Assembly: GCA_965213705.1 (NCBI GenBank)
Contig: OZ243913.1
Coordinates: 1,280,001-1,344,000 of the forward strand
Length of the DNA stretch: 64,000 nucleotides
From: Trueperaceae bacterium
GTDB lineage: Bacteria; Deinococcota; Deinococci; Deinococcales; Trueperaceae
Direction: 5' to 3'
The notes beneath the pieces were generated by a model. The model saw nothing but the letters and a program-made list of their open reading frames with translations, was not told the DNA's origin and did not search any database. Below are positions 1 to 9,729 of this stretch, piece by piece (positions within the stretch are counted from its first letter, which is position 1; each line of letters begins with the position of its first letter). Both the position numbers and the translations under genes were made by a program.

Positions 1-210
1 CAGCTCAAGGCTCGGGATGACCACGCGATACTGATGACGCGACTCTGGGACGTGCTCGAGGCCTACCTTCAGAAACAGGGCGTAACGTAGGTCTACACCT
101 ACGCGAGTGCCCCTGAGTTTTCAGACGACTGGTATCAACCCTGGTTGGAGGCCAGGGGGTACAGGGTGGCGGGTGACAGCCCCAGACCGGCTGTGCGAAA
201 GGTACTTTGA
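1..210 (+). pseudogene. 3' part of a possible GNAT-like gene with an internal TAG stop
   Basis: Frame 1 reads ...LWDVLEAYLQKQGVT*VYTYASAPEFSDDWYQPWLEARGYRV...KVL*, with TAG at 88-90. Protein-like sequence continues past the stop. Runs off the window edge. Confidence 0.35.
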
Positions 211-347
211 TGCTGAAGGCGGTGAAACCGTAACCTTCTGTTCAGATGCCCCCGCTGGTCCGTGTAGAAAAAACCTCTAGTATTTCAACACGCCAACAGT
301 GGAACTTTGGTGTGTCCGCCCCGGATTTTGTTGGTACGTGGCGACAT

Positions 348-1352
348 TTATGCTCTCCAACGCAGCGCAGCCGTATGTACAGGATCGTCCCAATAAGAAA
401 GTAACTCATTGTTTAAAACGCTGAGTGTGAACGAGCACCCCGCCATCTCCAGAGATGTGACGTAGTTACCTACAAGGCTGCGAACCACCGTTACTTCACG
501 ATTATCAAGGACGCGTCTCGCCGCGTCATACATGAGAGCCAGCTCCATGTACGGCGTGCCACCGAAGCCATTTACCATGAGTAAAGCTTGTATATCAGCT
601 GAAGGCTTGAGGTCTGCAAGAATAGCCTCCATGAGCTCTTCTGCAATCTTGTCAGCGCTCGCTATTGGCACGCGCTTGCGACCCGCCTCCCCGTGGATAC
701 CGACTCCCATTTCCATCTCATCACCGTGTAGTGTGAACGTCGGAGAGCCAGCTGCCGGCACGGTGCAGCTAGAAAAGGCAACGCCCATCGACCTAGTATT
801 GGCATTGACAAGCTGACCGAGAGCCTGACAGGTTTTTAGGTCTTTACCCGCTTCGGCGGCAGCGCCAACGATCTTCTCAACAACGACGGTACCCGCGACA
901 CCACGCCTACCTGTTGTGTGGGCACTGTCCTCAACCGCTACGTCATCGTTCGTGATGACACTAAGGCACTCCCCACCTTTTATGTCAGCGTACATTTCCG
1001 CTGCCATTTCAAAATTCATTAAGTCACCAGAGTAGTTTTTGACGATGAAAAGTACGCCTTCACCATTATCTGTTGCTTCTGCAGCAGCCAGCATTTGGTC
1101 TGGTGTTGGTGACGTAAAAACTTGTCCTGGACAGGCTGCGTCCAACATGCCTTTGCCGACAAAGCCTGCGTGAAGGGGTTCGTGACCGCTACCACCACCA
1201 GAGATAAGAGCCACCTTGGACTTAGCGGGTTCCTTTCGGTAAATATAGAAGGGGTCGGGACTCAACGACACGATGTCTTCATGAGCTAGGCTAAAACCTC
1301 TCAAACTCTCTGTAAGTATATCGTCAACGTCATTGATAAACTTTTTCATCAT
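348..1352 (-). CDS. dhaK: Dihydroxyacetone kinase substrate-binding subunit DhaK
   Basis: GGGSGHEP, VFTSPTPDQ, KNYSGD, GRRGVAG and GVGIHGE Dak1 motifs. Confidence 0.95.
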   Translation of the reverse strand: MMKKFINDVDDILTESLRGFSLAHEDIVSLSPDPFYIYRKEPAKSKVALISGGGSGHEPLHAGFVGKGMLDAACPGQVFTSPTPDQMLAAAEATDNGEGVLFIVKNYSGDLMNFEMAAEMYADIKGGECLSVITNDDVAVEDSAHTTGRRGVAGTVVVEKIVGAAAEAGKDLKTCQALGQLVNANTRSMGVAFSSCTVPAAGSPTFTLHGDEMEMGVGIHGEAGRKRVPIASADKIAEELMEAILADLKPSADIQALLMVNGFGGTPYMELALMYDAARRVLDNREVTVVRSLVGNYVTSLEMAGCSFTLSVLNNELLSYWDDPVHTAALRWRA

Positions 1353-1774
1353 TGCTCCTCAGTTATCAGGTTAAAAATGCGACGCACCGTGTCTTGAATG
1401 AGCAGTTCAACTACCTCCTGTTTTTTGGGGTCTTTTAGGACAGGGACACGCACAATAATGTTACGGAAGTCTTCCTCGTCTGCGGGGAAGTCTTGAACGC
1501 TGGTGCTGGGATGCGCCCGGTTATAAGCGTCCAGAAAAGTTTCTTTTTCCTCTGTTGACAAGTTGCACGTGGCGATAATAGGTTCGACGTGCCTAGCGGG
1601 TATCGCGGTGGGATCGTTGGGGTTCGTGATTTGCGATATGAAGCTTTTGTGGGTGCCGAGTACCAACGCTATCTTTCCTCTAAGTCCTGAGGGTCGCTTG
1701 TTGATGTACTCTCTCAAAATTTGCTTGTAGTCTGAAACACTGCTCGGTTTCGCCAAAGGGGCTGGGTTGGTCAT
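1349..1774 (-). CDS. Conserved hypothetical protein with N-terminal HTH-like segment; candidate operon regulator
   Basis: 141 aa, 4-nt overlaps with both neighbours; RGKIALVLGTHKSFISQITNP resembles an Xre-type helix-turn-helix. Confidence 0.7.
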   Translation of the reverse strand: MTNPAPLAKPSSVSDYKQILREYINKRPSGLRGKIALVLGTHKSFISQITNPNDPTAIPARHVEPIIATCNLSTEEKETFLDAYNRAHPSTSVQDFPADEEDFRNIIVRVPVLKDPKKQEVVELLIQDTVRRIFNLITEEQ

Positions 1775-3693
1775 AGCCAGGCTATTTCTCTTTTGACAGC
1801 GTCAAGGGCCGCTGCCGACACGGATAACGTGGCTATGCCTGTGGCCAACAGAGGGCGGAGGTTACTTGGCTGCGAAGCTACTTCGCCACAAACACTTACT
1901 TCAACACGTTTCGCCCGGCCGGCTGTCACCACGTGCTTGATAAGGTCGAGGACAGCCGGGTGGGTAACCTGGTGTAAGTGATGAAACTCGGGACGTCCAC
2001 GGTCAGCGGCAAAGGTATACTGCGCGAGGTCGTTTGTACCGATTGAGTAAAAGGCGGTATCGTAGTCGCCGGCTCTTAGGGCAGCCGCGGGTGTTTCGAC
2101 CATGATGCCCAGCTCGGGCATCTTGGCGGCAGTACCCTTGGCTTCTAAAGCTGCTAAAGCACTGCGAAAAACTTCTCGAGCCGCTTCATACTCGCTGACC
2201 AGACTGACGACGGGGAACATCACCTTTAGGGGACCGACGGCGGCTGCACGCAACAGCGCGCGTACCTGGTATCCAAAGACGTCCTGCCTCTCTAGGGAAA
2301 GGCGAAGACCCCTTAGCCCGAGCATAGGGTTGGGCTCTGGCTTCACAAGTTCGTCGACGGGCTTGTCTCCGCCAGCGTCCAGAGTTCTTATGGTCACGGG
2401 TTTGCCGGCAGCCCAAGTGATGATGTCGCGGTACACGCGGAACTGGGCTTCTTCAGACAGCAGCATGCTTTTGTTTGTCAACAGGAATTCGGTTCGAACG
2501 AGACCGATGCCGTCACAGTGTTCAGGCTTTGTTTGGCTGAGTCGCTTCGGGTCGTCTACGTTGAGGTAGAGTGTAATCCGTTTGCCCGCCGAGGTTACGG
2601 CGTCCTCTGCTAGCCGTGAGCTGAGGACGGTCTTGGGTTTTTGCGCTTGCTGCACTTTGTCTGCAGATGCAAGTCGAGACGTGAACTCGCACCGCTGACC
2701 TTCACACACCATCAGCAAGGCTTCGGCATGACTCAAGCGGTTTAGCTCATTTTCGTCCAACTCAGTTGCGAAAGGTATACCGTAAGCCCGCGCCAACAGC
2801 GCAACGTGGCTGTTCGAGTCGCTTTGGGAGCTGACAATGCCTTTCACTCGACCAAAGTCAAGCTCGAGAAATTGGGAGGGAAAAAGTTCTGTGGTGAGTA
2901 AAATGGTGTCTGCGTTTAAGTTAGGCAGTTGCTTACTCGCTTTACTATTCTCACTATCAATATTTGCCAGAAAGCGTTGCGACAAGTCCCTTAAGTCTGC
3001 AGCCCGGGACTTGAGAATGCTGTCGCCCGAAGTGGTGTAAGTATCGGCCTCTTTGGTGAAGGCCTCAGACCAGGCAACTGCGGCGGAGGCGCCGCGCTCA
3101 ACCCTCCGCCGGATAGGGGTGACGAAGGCGTCGTCCTGCAGCAGCTCGAGCTGAAAGTCTATGATGTCAGCTCCTACCTCGTCGCTCTTGCCCTTTATCC
3201 TTTCAAGGTCGGACACAACTTGCGTTAGGACTCGAGAAAATAGCTTGGGCTGATCGTTTTGAGGCTTTGCTAGGTCGCCAGTTTCTTTGGTTTGCTCGAG
3301 CCGGAAGGGCCGCCCTTTAGCCACACCCTCCGAGACACAAAAAGCGGTTATGGTGTCGGGTTCAGTGACGTGCTCAAACGTTGAAGGCAGTGCTGGTAGA
3401 ACGGGTTCCTGTTCAAAACTCTGCTCGATGAAAGCAACTAAGGCCTCAAGGGCGGCTGCAGCTTGAGCACCCCTGGACCGAACGAAAAGTTCAGTACCAG
3501 AAGCGACTTTGAGCTTCATGACGCTTGACAGGCTACGCGCATCTGTCCAGGCACCTTCACGAACTCTTAGTTCCGTCTCAGCGTCGAATTCTGCGGCGAG
3601 CTGGACGAGCTGGACGGCCGGACGCGCGTGTAAGCCCAGAGGATTTGAAACGCGCACCCTACTCTCTGTCTCTTGCCAAGTGAATGAACTCAT
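1771..3693 (-). CDS. ptsP: HPr-Enzyme I fusion (PEP-protein phosphotransferase)
   Basis: N-terminal HPr motif GLHARPA; EI phospho-His SHVALLARAYGIP; PEP-binding GIGLVRTEFL, RTLDAGGDK, SIGTNDL, VCGE. Confidence 0.92.
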   Translation of the reverse strand: MSSFTWQETESRVRVSNPLGLHARPAVQLVQLAAEFDAETELRVREGAWTDARSLSSVMKLKVASGTELFVRSRGAQAAAALEALVAFIEQSFEQEPVLPALPSTFEHVTEPDTITAFCVSEGVAKGRPFRLEQTKETGDLAKPQNDQPKLFSRVLTQVVSDLERIKGKSDEVGADIIDFQLELLQDDAFVTPIRRRVERGASAAVAWSEAFTKEADTYTTSGDSILKSRAADLRDLSQRFLANIDSENSKASKQLPNLNADTILLTTELFPSQFLELDFGRVKGIVSSQSDSNSHVALLARAYGIPFATELDENELNRLSHAEALLMVCEGQRCEFTSRLASADKVQQAQKPKTVLSSRLAEDAVTSAGKRITLYLNVDDPKRLSQTKPEHCDGIGLVRTEFLLTNKSMLLSEEAQFRVYRDIITWAAGKPVTIRTLDAGGDKPVDELVKPEPNPMLGLRGLRLSLERQDVFGYQVRALLRAAAVGPLKVMFPVVSLVSEYEAAREVFRSALAALEAKGTAAKMPELGIMVETPAAALRAGDYDTAFYSIGTNDLAQYTFAADRGRPEFHHLHQVTHPAVLDLIKHVVTAGRAKRVEVSVCGEVASQPSNLRPLLATGIATLSVSAAALDAVKREIAWL

Positions 3694-4076
3694 AAGGCGC
3701 TCTCCGCGGCTCTCTGGACGTCGCGCAGAGACTTACCGATAGAGGCTTCCGTAGCGGCCATCACCGCTCCTTCAACGATGGGGGCGTTACAGATCACGAC
3801 GCGGTCTCGCTTCGATTCTTCAAGCATTTCGATAGCAATTTCCGAGTTCATTTCCGAACTACCCAGGTCTACCAAGATAACCACGCCCGACTCGCTCCAC
3901 ACCTCGTCAAGACAAGCTTTTATGGCCGCGACGTCCGTCCCCAAGCCGCCGTCTGGGTTGCCTCCGCAAGCACAGACCGGAACGTCCTTGCTTACGGCCT
4001 GTCGAACCATCTGGGTTATACCCTTAGCAATGTCGGTAGAGTGAGACACGACGACGATGCCTACGGAACGGTTCAT
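3690..4076 (-). CDS. dhaM: PTS-dependent DHA kinase phosphotransferase subunit DhaM (EIIA-mannose type)
   Basis: VGIVVVSHS, GGLGT, VDLGSS and NAPIVEGA motifs. Confidence 0.92.
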   Translation of the reverse strand: MNRSVGIVVVSHSTDIAKGITQMVRQAVSKDVPVCACGGNPDGGLGTDVAAIKACLDEVWSESGVVILVDLGSSEMNSEIAIEMLEESKRDRVVICNAPIVEGAVMAATEASIGKSLRDVQRAAESAL

Positions 4077-4798
4077 AGCGCCGCCACTTCACGAAGCGTT
4101 TCCTCACAAAGCGTTTTGATAAGCAAGTAGCTTGTCATGGCACCAGGATCAATATGTCCCACACTCCGCTCTCTTAAAAAAGACGCCCTGCCTTTCGTGG
4201 CTTGCAGGGCCTTAGTACGATCTTTAGCCAGTTTGGCAGTGGTCTCCAAACGGTTCAGGAAGTCAAAAGTTGTCCAGTCGCTACGCGTCACCTGCAAGAA
4301 GTCGCTGACAGGCACGAGAACGTCAAGCATCGTCTTTTCGCCCTGGTTGGCCTTGCCTCTCGCTTTGACTGCCTGCACCCCTGCACCGAACGCAGATGCG
4401 AAAACCTCAAAACCGGGGTTGCTAGGGTCACCCCAGGGTCTGGGAGTTTCAGAAAGCGTTCTACCCATACCCAAAAAGAAGCTGCCAAATAAAGGTCCCG
4501 ACGCGCCGCCAATGCTCATGATTAGGGTGGTCCCCGCCATTTGGAGGGCCGCGTCCAAGCTAACAAGCCCAAGTTCATCCGACCTGGCGGCAAGCTTCCC
4601 AAAACCGCGCAGCATGTTGTCCCCGTGGTCCCCGTCGCCAATAGCCTGATCAAGCCGCGTGAGAAGACGTGCGTGCTCCTGCAGGGTTGTCAGGCTCGCG
4701 TGTGTCCAACGTACGAGTAGAGACGTGTCCGACATTGACCCTAGCCTAAGTTGAGTAACGTTTGTAAAATTCACGTTGGGCATCGCAGAACCGTTCAT
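4073..4798 (-). CDS. dhaL: DHA kinase ADP-binding subunit DhaL (copy 2; start may be 4735)
   Basis: LDQAIGDGDHG, GGASGPLFG, GEKTMLD, KGRASFLRERSVGHIDPGA. Confidence 0.9.
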   Translation of the reverse strand: MNGSAMPNVNFTNVTQLRLGSMSDTSLLVRWTHASLTTLQEHARLLTRLDQAIGDGDHGDNMLRGFGKLAARSDELGLVSLDAALQMAGTTLIMSIGGASGPLFGSFFLGMGRTLSETPRPWGDPSNPGFEVFASAFGAGVQAVKARGKANQGEKTMLDVLVPVSDFLQVTRSDWTTFDFLNRLETTAKLAKDRTKALQATKGRASFLRERSVGHIDPGAMTSYLLIKTLCEETLREVAAL

Positions 4799-4810
4799 TA
4801 AGCCTACCTC

Positions 4811-5455
4811 TCAAGTGGGAGAGGCCGCTAGCGCCAGGTGAGAACATACGAGGTCGATGAGCAAGTAACTGAGTCTGGCACCAGGATCAACATGTCCCAA
4901 GCTCCGTTCGCCTAAAAAAGACGCCCTGCCCTTCTCAGCCTGCATGTCTTTGGTCGATTCCATCCCTTCCAGCGCTGTTTTTCTAAGTAGATCTCTTGCC
5001 TCAGCAGCAGGCATATCCTTCTCAACTGCTTTTTGAAAGGCCAGGTCTACAGGAATGAGCGTGTCGAGCATCGTTTTTTGACCCACGTCCGACTTACCGC
5101 GCCGCTTGACTGCCTCAACGCCCGCGTGGTAAGCGTCCGCCAGGTCACGCATCGAGGGGGACCCGGGCGTCTCAGACGCCGCCAAGGTTTGCGCGAAGGT
5201 CATGAAAAAGCTCCCGACAAGGGGTCCCGATGACCCGCCAACCTCCTTCATGATGGTCATACCGACTTGCTGTAGGGCTCTGTCGAGTGGGAGGCTCGTT
5301 AAGACCTCTTGCTGAGCACGAAGCGCATTAAAGCCCCTTTTCATGTTGACGCCGTAGTCCCCGTCCCCGGTTGCTTGGTCGAGCTTGGTCAGCGTGCTCG
5401 CTTCGTCGTTGACCAGGACGACGCTTTTCTCTAACAAGTCTGAAAACGTCCTCAC
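4811..5455 (-). CDS. dhaL: DHA kinase ADP-binding subunit DhaL (copy 1)
   Basis: LDQATGDGDYG, GGSSGPL, GQKTMLD, KGRASFLGERSLGHVDPGA. Confidence 0.9.
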   Translation of the reverse strand: MRTFSDLLEKSVVLVNDEASTLTKLDQATGDGDYGVNMKRGFNALRAQQEVLTSLPLDRALQQVGMTIMKEVGGSSGPLVGSFFMTFAQTLAASETPGSPSMRDLADAYHAGVEAVKRRGKSDVGQKTMLDTLIPVDLAFQKAVEKDMPAAEARDLLRKTALEGMESTKDMQAEKGRASFLGERSLGHVDPGARLSYLLIDLVCSHLALAASPT

Positions 5456-6483
5456 GCCGCAGACTCCAGGAGTACACCGTCTTGGTCAAAATTTAAGTGC
5501 CTCTGGGCGTCTAGCTGTAAAGACACTTCATCGTTTACGGAGGGCAACACGCCGGTACCGGCTAAAGCGCGGAGTTGCTCGCCCTTCGCCTCGAGCAAAA
5601 TAATCGTCTCCGCTCCGAGAGGTTCGACTTGTTTCACCGTCGCTCTTAGACCCGACCCGTTTAAGGCTTGTACCGTGACGTGTTCCGGTCGAACCCCGAT
5701 GTGCCGCGTGCTCGCCGGCGCGGTGACGCCCAGCAGGGCGGGTGAGAGCAGGTTGATTGGAGGTGAGCCGAGGCGCTGAGCCACGTAAACGCTGTTTGGC
5801 TTCTGATAAATTTCTTTGGGCGTTCCGATTTGGACCAACCGCCCTTGCTGAAGTGCGCCGATGCGGTCTGCGAGCGTCATGGCTTCGATCTGGTCGTGCG
5901 TGACATAAAGAATGGTTGCTCCTTTGTCTTTTTGAATTCGTTTCAACTCAACGCGCAGTGCTTCCCTAAGTTTTGCGTCTAAGCTCGAGAGGGGTTCGTC
6001 CATCAGGTAAATTTTCGCTTCGCGGATGAGCGCGCGCCCGATAGCGACCCGCTGCATCTCACCGCCTGAAAGTTTGGTCGCCTTGTTGTTCAACTTGTGG
6101 TCAATGGAAAGCGTTTCAGCCATTTGACCAACTTTCGTCTTAACATCCTGTTCGGACCAAGCCTGTCTTCTTGACGGCGAGCGCAAGGGAAAAGCCAAGT
6201 TCTCAAACACGGTGTAATGCGGGTAGAGTGAGTATTGCTGAAATACGAACGCCACATCGCGGTCAGCTATAGGCGTGTTCGTTACCTCTTTGTCGCCGAT
6301 GAATAGCTTGCCCTTGCTTACGGTCTCGAGCCCACCTATGAGGCGCAGGGTTGTCGTCTTGCCTGCGCCCGAGGGACCGAGTAAGACGACAAATTCGCCG
6401 TCTGCAATGTCCAAACTCACGTCCTGAACCGCCAGGACTTTACCAAAAGCTTTGCTGACGCCCTCGAGGCTGACCTTAGCCAT
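5452..6483 (-). CDS. Sugar ABC transporter ATP-binding protein (MalK-like)
   Basis: GPSGAGKT, LSGGEMQR, MDEP, YVTHD; start MAKVSL at 6483. Confidence 0.93.
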   Translation of the reverse strand: MAKVSLEGVSKAFGKVLAVQDVSLDIADGEFVVLLGPSGAGKTTTLRLIGGLETVSKGKLFIGDKEVTNTPIADRDVAFVFQQYSLYPHYTVFENLAFPLRSPSRRQAWSEQDVKTKVGQMAETLSIDHKLNNKATKLSGGEMQRVAIGRALIREAKIYLMDEPLSSLDAKLREALRVELKRIQKDKGATILYVTHDQIEAMTLADRIGALQQGRLVQIGTPKEIYQKPNSVYVAQRLGSPPINLLSPALLGVTAPASTRHIGVRPEHVTVQALNGSGLRATVKQVEPLGAETIILLEAKGEQLRALAGTGVLPSVNDEVSLQLDAQRHLNFDQDGVLLESAA

Positions 6484-7603
6484 AGACAGCCCATCCCGAC
6501 TGAGTCTTCTCTCCTGAGCTGAAAAGGGTGCTCGCATAGGCTCGTCCGCTTTGCTTATCGAAAAGGACGACGGCATTTTTACGTGGTTTTAGGGACAGGG
6601 CGTCGTCTCTGCGAACGTTGAACGCTTCACTAGCGCGCACCTTGAGCCTACCCACCTCTGTGTCCACCGTAAGGAGCTGACGGGACCCCATGTACTCTAC
6701 CTCGAAAACTGTTCCCGGAAGACCTGTGGGGTCGCCTACCGAGCCAATATCTATGTGTTCAGGGCGGATGCCCAGGGTCACTTCTGCTGGCGTCGCCTCG
6801 AAAAGTTGGGGGACTTCAAGCGGCGTGCCTGCAACCGCAACCGTTTGACCTCCTTTTGGCAAGCCTGCTTTGGCGGGAAGGAAGTTCATGGCGGGACTGC
6901 CGATAAAGTTTGCCACGAACTGCCAGCGGGGTTGGTGGTAGATTTCCTGGGGGCTGGCGACTTGTAAAACCTCGCCGCGGGACATGACGGCGATTTTGTC
7001 CGCCATCGCCATCGCCTCGAGCTGGTCGTGGGTAACGTAGACGGTCGTTGCGCCGGTGCGCGTATGAAGCTGTTTGAGTTCTTCGCACATCAGCTCTCTA
7101 AATTCGGTGTCGAGCGTGCCGAGCGGCTCGTCCATGAGAAAAGCTTTGGGTCGCCGGATGATGGCGCGGCCCAGCGCGACGCGCTGCCTGTCCCCGCCCG
7201 CAAGTCCTGTGACGCCTTTGTCAAGGAGATGTTCTATGCGAAGCATCCGTGCGACTTCTGCAACGCGCGTTTTCACTTCGCGGCGAGCAACCCCTTCCGA
7301 GCGTAGGGGATAAGCGAGGTTTCGCGCCACATTCATGTGTGGGTAAAGGGCAAAAAGCTGAAAAACAAAAGCGATGTCCCGCTGGCTGGCGCGCAGCCGC
7401 GACACGTCCTCGCCGTCCAACCGTATCTCGCCGGAGCTGGGAATCTCGAGCCCCGCTATCATCCGCAGCGTCGTCGTTTTGCCGCAACCCGAAGGGCCCA
7501 GCAGCACAAAAAACTCGCCGTCGTGAATCGTGAAGCTGCTGTCTTTGACTGCCACGAAGTCGTCGAAGCGCTTGTGAACGTGGCTAAGCTCAATGTCTGC
7601 CAT
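6476..7603 (-). CDS. Sugar ABC transporter ATP-binding protein (MalK-like)
   Basis: GPSGCGKT, LAGGDRQR, MDEP, YVTHD; start MADIEL at 7603. Confidence 0.93.
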   Translation of the reverse strand: MADIELSHVHKRFDDFVAVKDSSFTIHDGEFFVLLGPSGCGKTTTLRMIAGLEIPSSGEIRLDGEDVSRLRASQRDIAFVFQLFALYPHMNVARNLAYPLRSEGVARREVKTRVAEVARMLRIEHLLDKGVTGLAGGDRQRVALGRAIIRRPKAFLMDEPLGTLDTEFRELMCEELKQLHTRTGATTVYVTHDQLEAMAMADKIAVMSRGEVLQVASPQEIYHQPRWQFVANFIGSPAMNFLPAKAGLPKGGQTVAVAGTPLEVPQLFEATPAEVTLGIRPEHIDIGSVGDPTGLPGTVFEVEYMGSRQLLTVDTEVGRLKVRASEAFNVRRDDALSLKPRKNAVVLFDKQSGRAYASTLFSSGEKTQSGWAVYG

Positions 7604-7608
7604 AAGTC

Positions 7609-7821
7609 TCAAGCCTCATCGAAGTGACTGACGATCAAGAAGCCGACAGTCCCTGTTAGCAAAACGAGAAAAGACTTGCTGTAGAGCCAGGCGGAAAAAG
7701 GCTGCATGAGCATGAACACGCCCAGAGCAATGAGGATACTCGCGGCGTTTTCCCAGGGTCCGCGCAAAAAGATTTTTCTACGCTTTTGTTCCGATTCGTT
7801 TGTAGGCGAGCGTCCGGACAT
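7609..7821 (-). CDS. Small two-TM membrane protein inside the ABC operon (70 aa)
   Basis: MSGRSPTNESEQKRRKIFLRGPWENAASILIALGVFMLMQPF...IVSHFDEA; its ATG overlaps the permease TAA. Confidence 0.75.
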   Translation of the reverse strand: MSGRSPTNESEQKRRKIFLRGPWENAASILIALGVFMLMQPFSAWLYSKSFLVLLTGTVGFLIVSHFDEA

Positions 7822-8768
7822 TATTTTCTCACTGCTCCAAAGGTGATTCCGCGAAGAAGGTGCTTGCGAAGGAGAACCGTGAAGAACACCACTGGAATCA
7901 AAAACAGCGTTGTACCGGCAGCGACGGCAGGCCAGTCGAGCCCTCCCTCGCCGATGATGTTGGGAATAAAAGGCGGCGCGGTCTGCGCGGTGCCACTGGT
8001 CAGCAAGACTGCGAAAGCGTACTCGTTCCACGAAAAGATGAGGCAGAAAATGGCGGTCGCGGCGATGCCCGTGATGGCTTGGGGCAGCACGACCTTGCGA
8101 AAGGCTTGCAGCCTCGAGTACCCGTCCACCATCGCCGCCTCTTCGTACTCGCGCGGTATCTCGTCGATAAAACCTTTGAGCAGCCACACGGACAAACTCA
8201 AGTTCACCGCTGTGTAGAGGAGAATCAGCCCCAGGTGAGTGTCGTTAAGGTTGAGCTGCCGGTACATAAGAAAGATAGGGATGGCGACAGCGACGGGCGG
8301 CATCATTCGCGTTGAGAGGATGAAAAAGAGCCAGTCTTCGCTGCCGGGTATTTTGAAACGCGAAAAGGCGTAAGCCGCTAAAACGCCCAGGAAAACCGCC
8401 AGAAAGGTCGAGCCGAAGCCGACGACGAGCGAGTTGAGGTAGCGCCCGACGAACCTGGACTGCCCGGTGATGACCATGTTCTGCCCGCGCACCAGCCGGT
8501 CATACCAGGTTGTTGCCGGTGGCAGACTCTCCATATACTCGGACGTTTGCCGCGAGCGGTTGGTGAAAACGTTGACGTAACCCTCCAGGGAGGGCTCAAA
8601 GACGACCTCGGGCGGGTAGGCGGTAGCTGCCGACTGCGACTTGAAACCGGTCGCGATAATCCATAGAATGGGAACCATCGAAACGAGTGCGTAAAGAACT
8701 ACTACAACGCCCGCAACCCTGCGGTTGGTAGGGCTGGGGCTTATCACCGAAGAGTTTTCCTGGCTCAT
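7821..8768 (-). CDS. Carbohydrate ABC transporter permease (MalG-like)
   Basis: EAA loop EYEEAAMVDG; hydrophobic helices. Confidence 0.93.
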   Translation of the reverse strand: MSQENSSVISPSPTNRRVAGVVVVLYALVSMVPILWIIATGFKSQSAATAYPPEVVFEPSLEGYVNVFTNRSRQTSEYMESLPPATTWYDRLVRGQNMVITGQSRFVGRYLNSLVVGFGSTFLAVFLGVLAAYAFSRFKIPGSEDWLFFILSTRMMPPVAVAIPIFLMYRQLNLNDTHLGLILLYTAVNLSLSVWLLKGFIDEIPREYEEAAMVDGYSRLQAFRKVVLPQAITGIAATAIFCLIFSWNEYAFAVLLTSGTAQTAPPFIPNIIGEGGLDWPAVAAGTTLFLIPVVFFTVLLRKHLLRGITFGAVRK

Positions 8769-9661
8769 CGCTGCTTCACCCTGTTAAGGAACTTGACGTA
8801 GATGCTCGTCGCGCCGAAGATCGTGGTAAAAAGAATGATGGCAAAAGCCGAACTGTAGCCCGTGCGCCATTTTTCGAAAGCTTCTCGCTTGAGGTTGATA
8901 GAGGCGAGTTCGGTTACCGAGCCCGGACCGCCGGAAGTCAGTTCTACCACCAGGTCGAACATCTTAAAGTTTTCAATACCTCTAAATAGAACCGCGAGCA
9001 TCAAAAAGGGCAGCGCCATCGGTACGGTGATGGTCCAGAATTTGCGCCACGCCGACGCACGGTCCACTTCCGCCGCTTCGTAAATGTAGTCGGGTATCGA
9101 CCTTAACCCCGCTAAGCAAATGAGCATGACGTAAGGTACCCACATCCAAGTATCAACGATGACAATCGCCCAGGGTGCCAGGTTGACACTGCCGATCATG
9201 TCGAGCGGACCCGTGCCGGCAAAAAAGTCGATGATATAAGAGAAAATACCGATCTGCGGCTGGTAGAGGTAGGTCCAGAAAACCCCGACGACCGCCGGAG
9301 AAAGCATCATGGGCAGCAGGATAATCGTTGTCCAGAAGCTGTGACCTTTGAAGCGGTGGTTAATGAGTAAGGCCAAGCCAAAGCCGATGACAACCTGCAA
9401 GAGCATCGTCCAGCAGACGAACTGGGCGGTGACCTGGAGGGAGTACCAGACGTCCTGGTCGCCCAAAATTCGCACGTAGTTGCGTATGCCAACAAGGTCT
9501 ACCTCTTGACCGGGGCGGTTAGCTCGGTAGTCCGTGAAGCTGAGGTAGATTGTCCAGATAAGGGGAAAGATGTTTATGGCGAGAAGGATTAGTATTGTTG
9601 GCGCAACAAAGAGCCAAGCGATAAACCGGTCCGAGAGCCTGCGCGGTTGAGGTAAAGCCAT
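8765..9661 (-). CDS. Carbohydrate ABC transporter permease (MalF-like)
   Basis: EAA loop IYEAAEVDRAS; hydrophobic helices. Confidence 0.93.
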   Translation of the reverse strand: MALPQPRRLSDRFIAWLFVAPTILILLAINIFPLIWTIYLSFTDYRANRPGQEVDLVGIRNYVRILGDQDVWYSLQVTAQFVCWTMLLQVVIGFGLALLINHRFKGHSFWTTIILLPMMLSPAVVGVFWTYLYQPQIGIFSYIIDFFAGTGPLDMIGSVNLAPWAIVIVDTWMWVPYVMLICLAGLRSIPDYIYEAAEVDRASAWRKFWTITVPMALPFLMLAVLFRGIENFKMFDLVVELTSGGPGSVTELASINLKREAFEKWRTGYSSAFAIILFTTIFGATSIYVKFLNRVKQR

Positions 9662-9691
9662 TTAAACCCTCTCAAAGTAACTTTATGAAAA

Positions 9692-9721
9692 GGTTCAGGT
9701 CGTGACGGTACGACCTGAACC
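9692..9721 (-). terminator. Intercistronic stem-loop after the SBP gene
   Basis: 12-bp stem GGTTCAGGTCGT/ACGACCTGAACC followed by a T-run on the minus strand. Confidence 0.7.
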
Positions 9722-9729
9722 CTCGAGCG

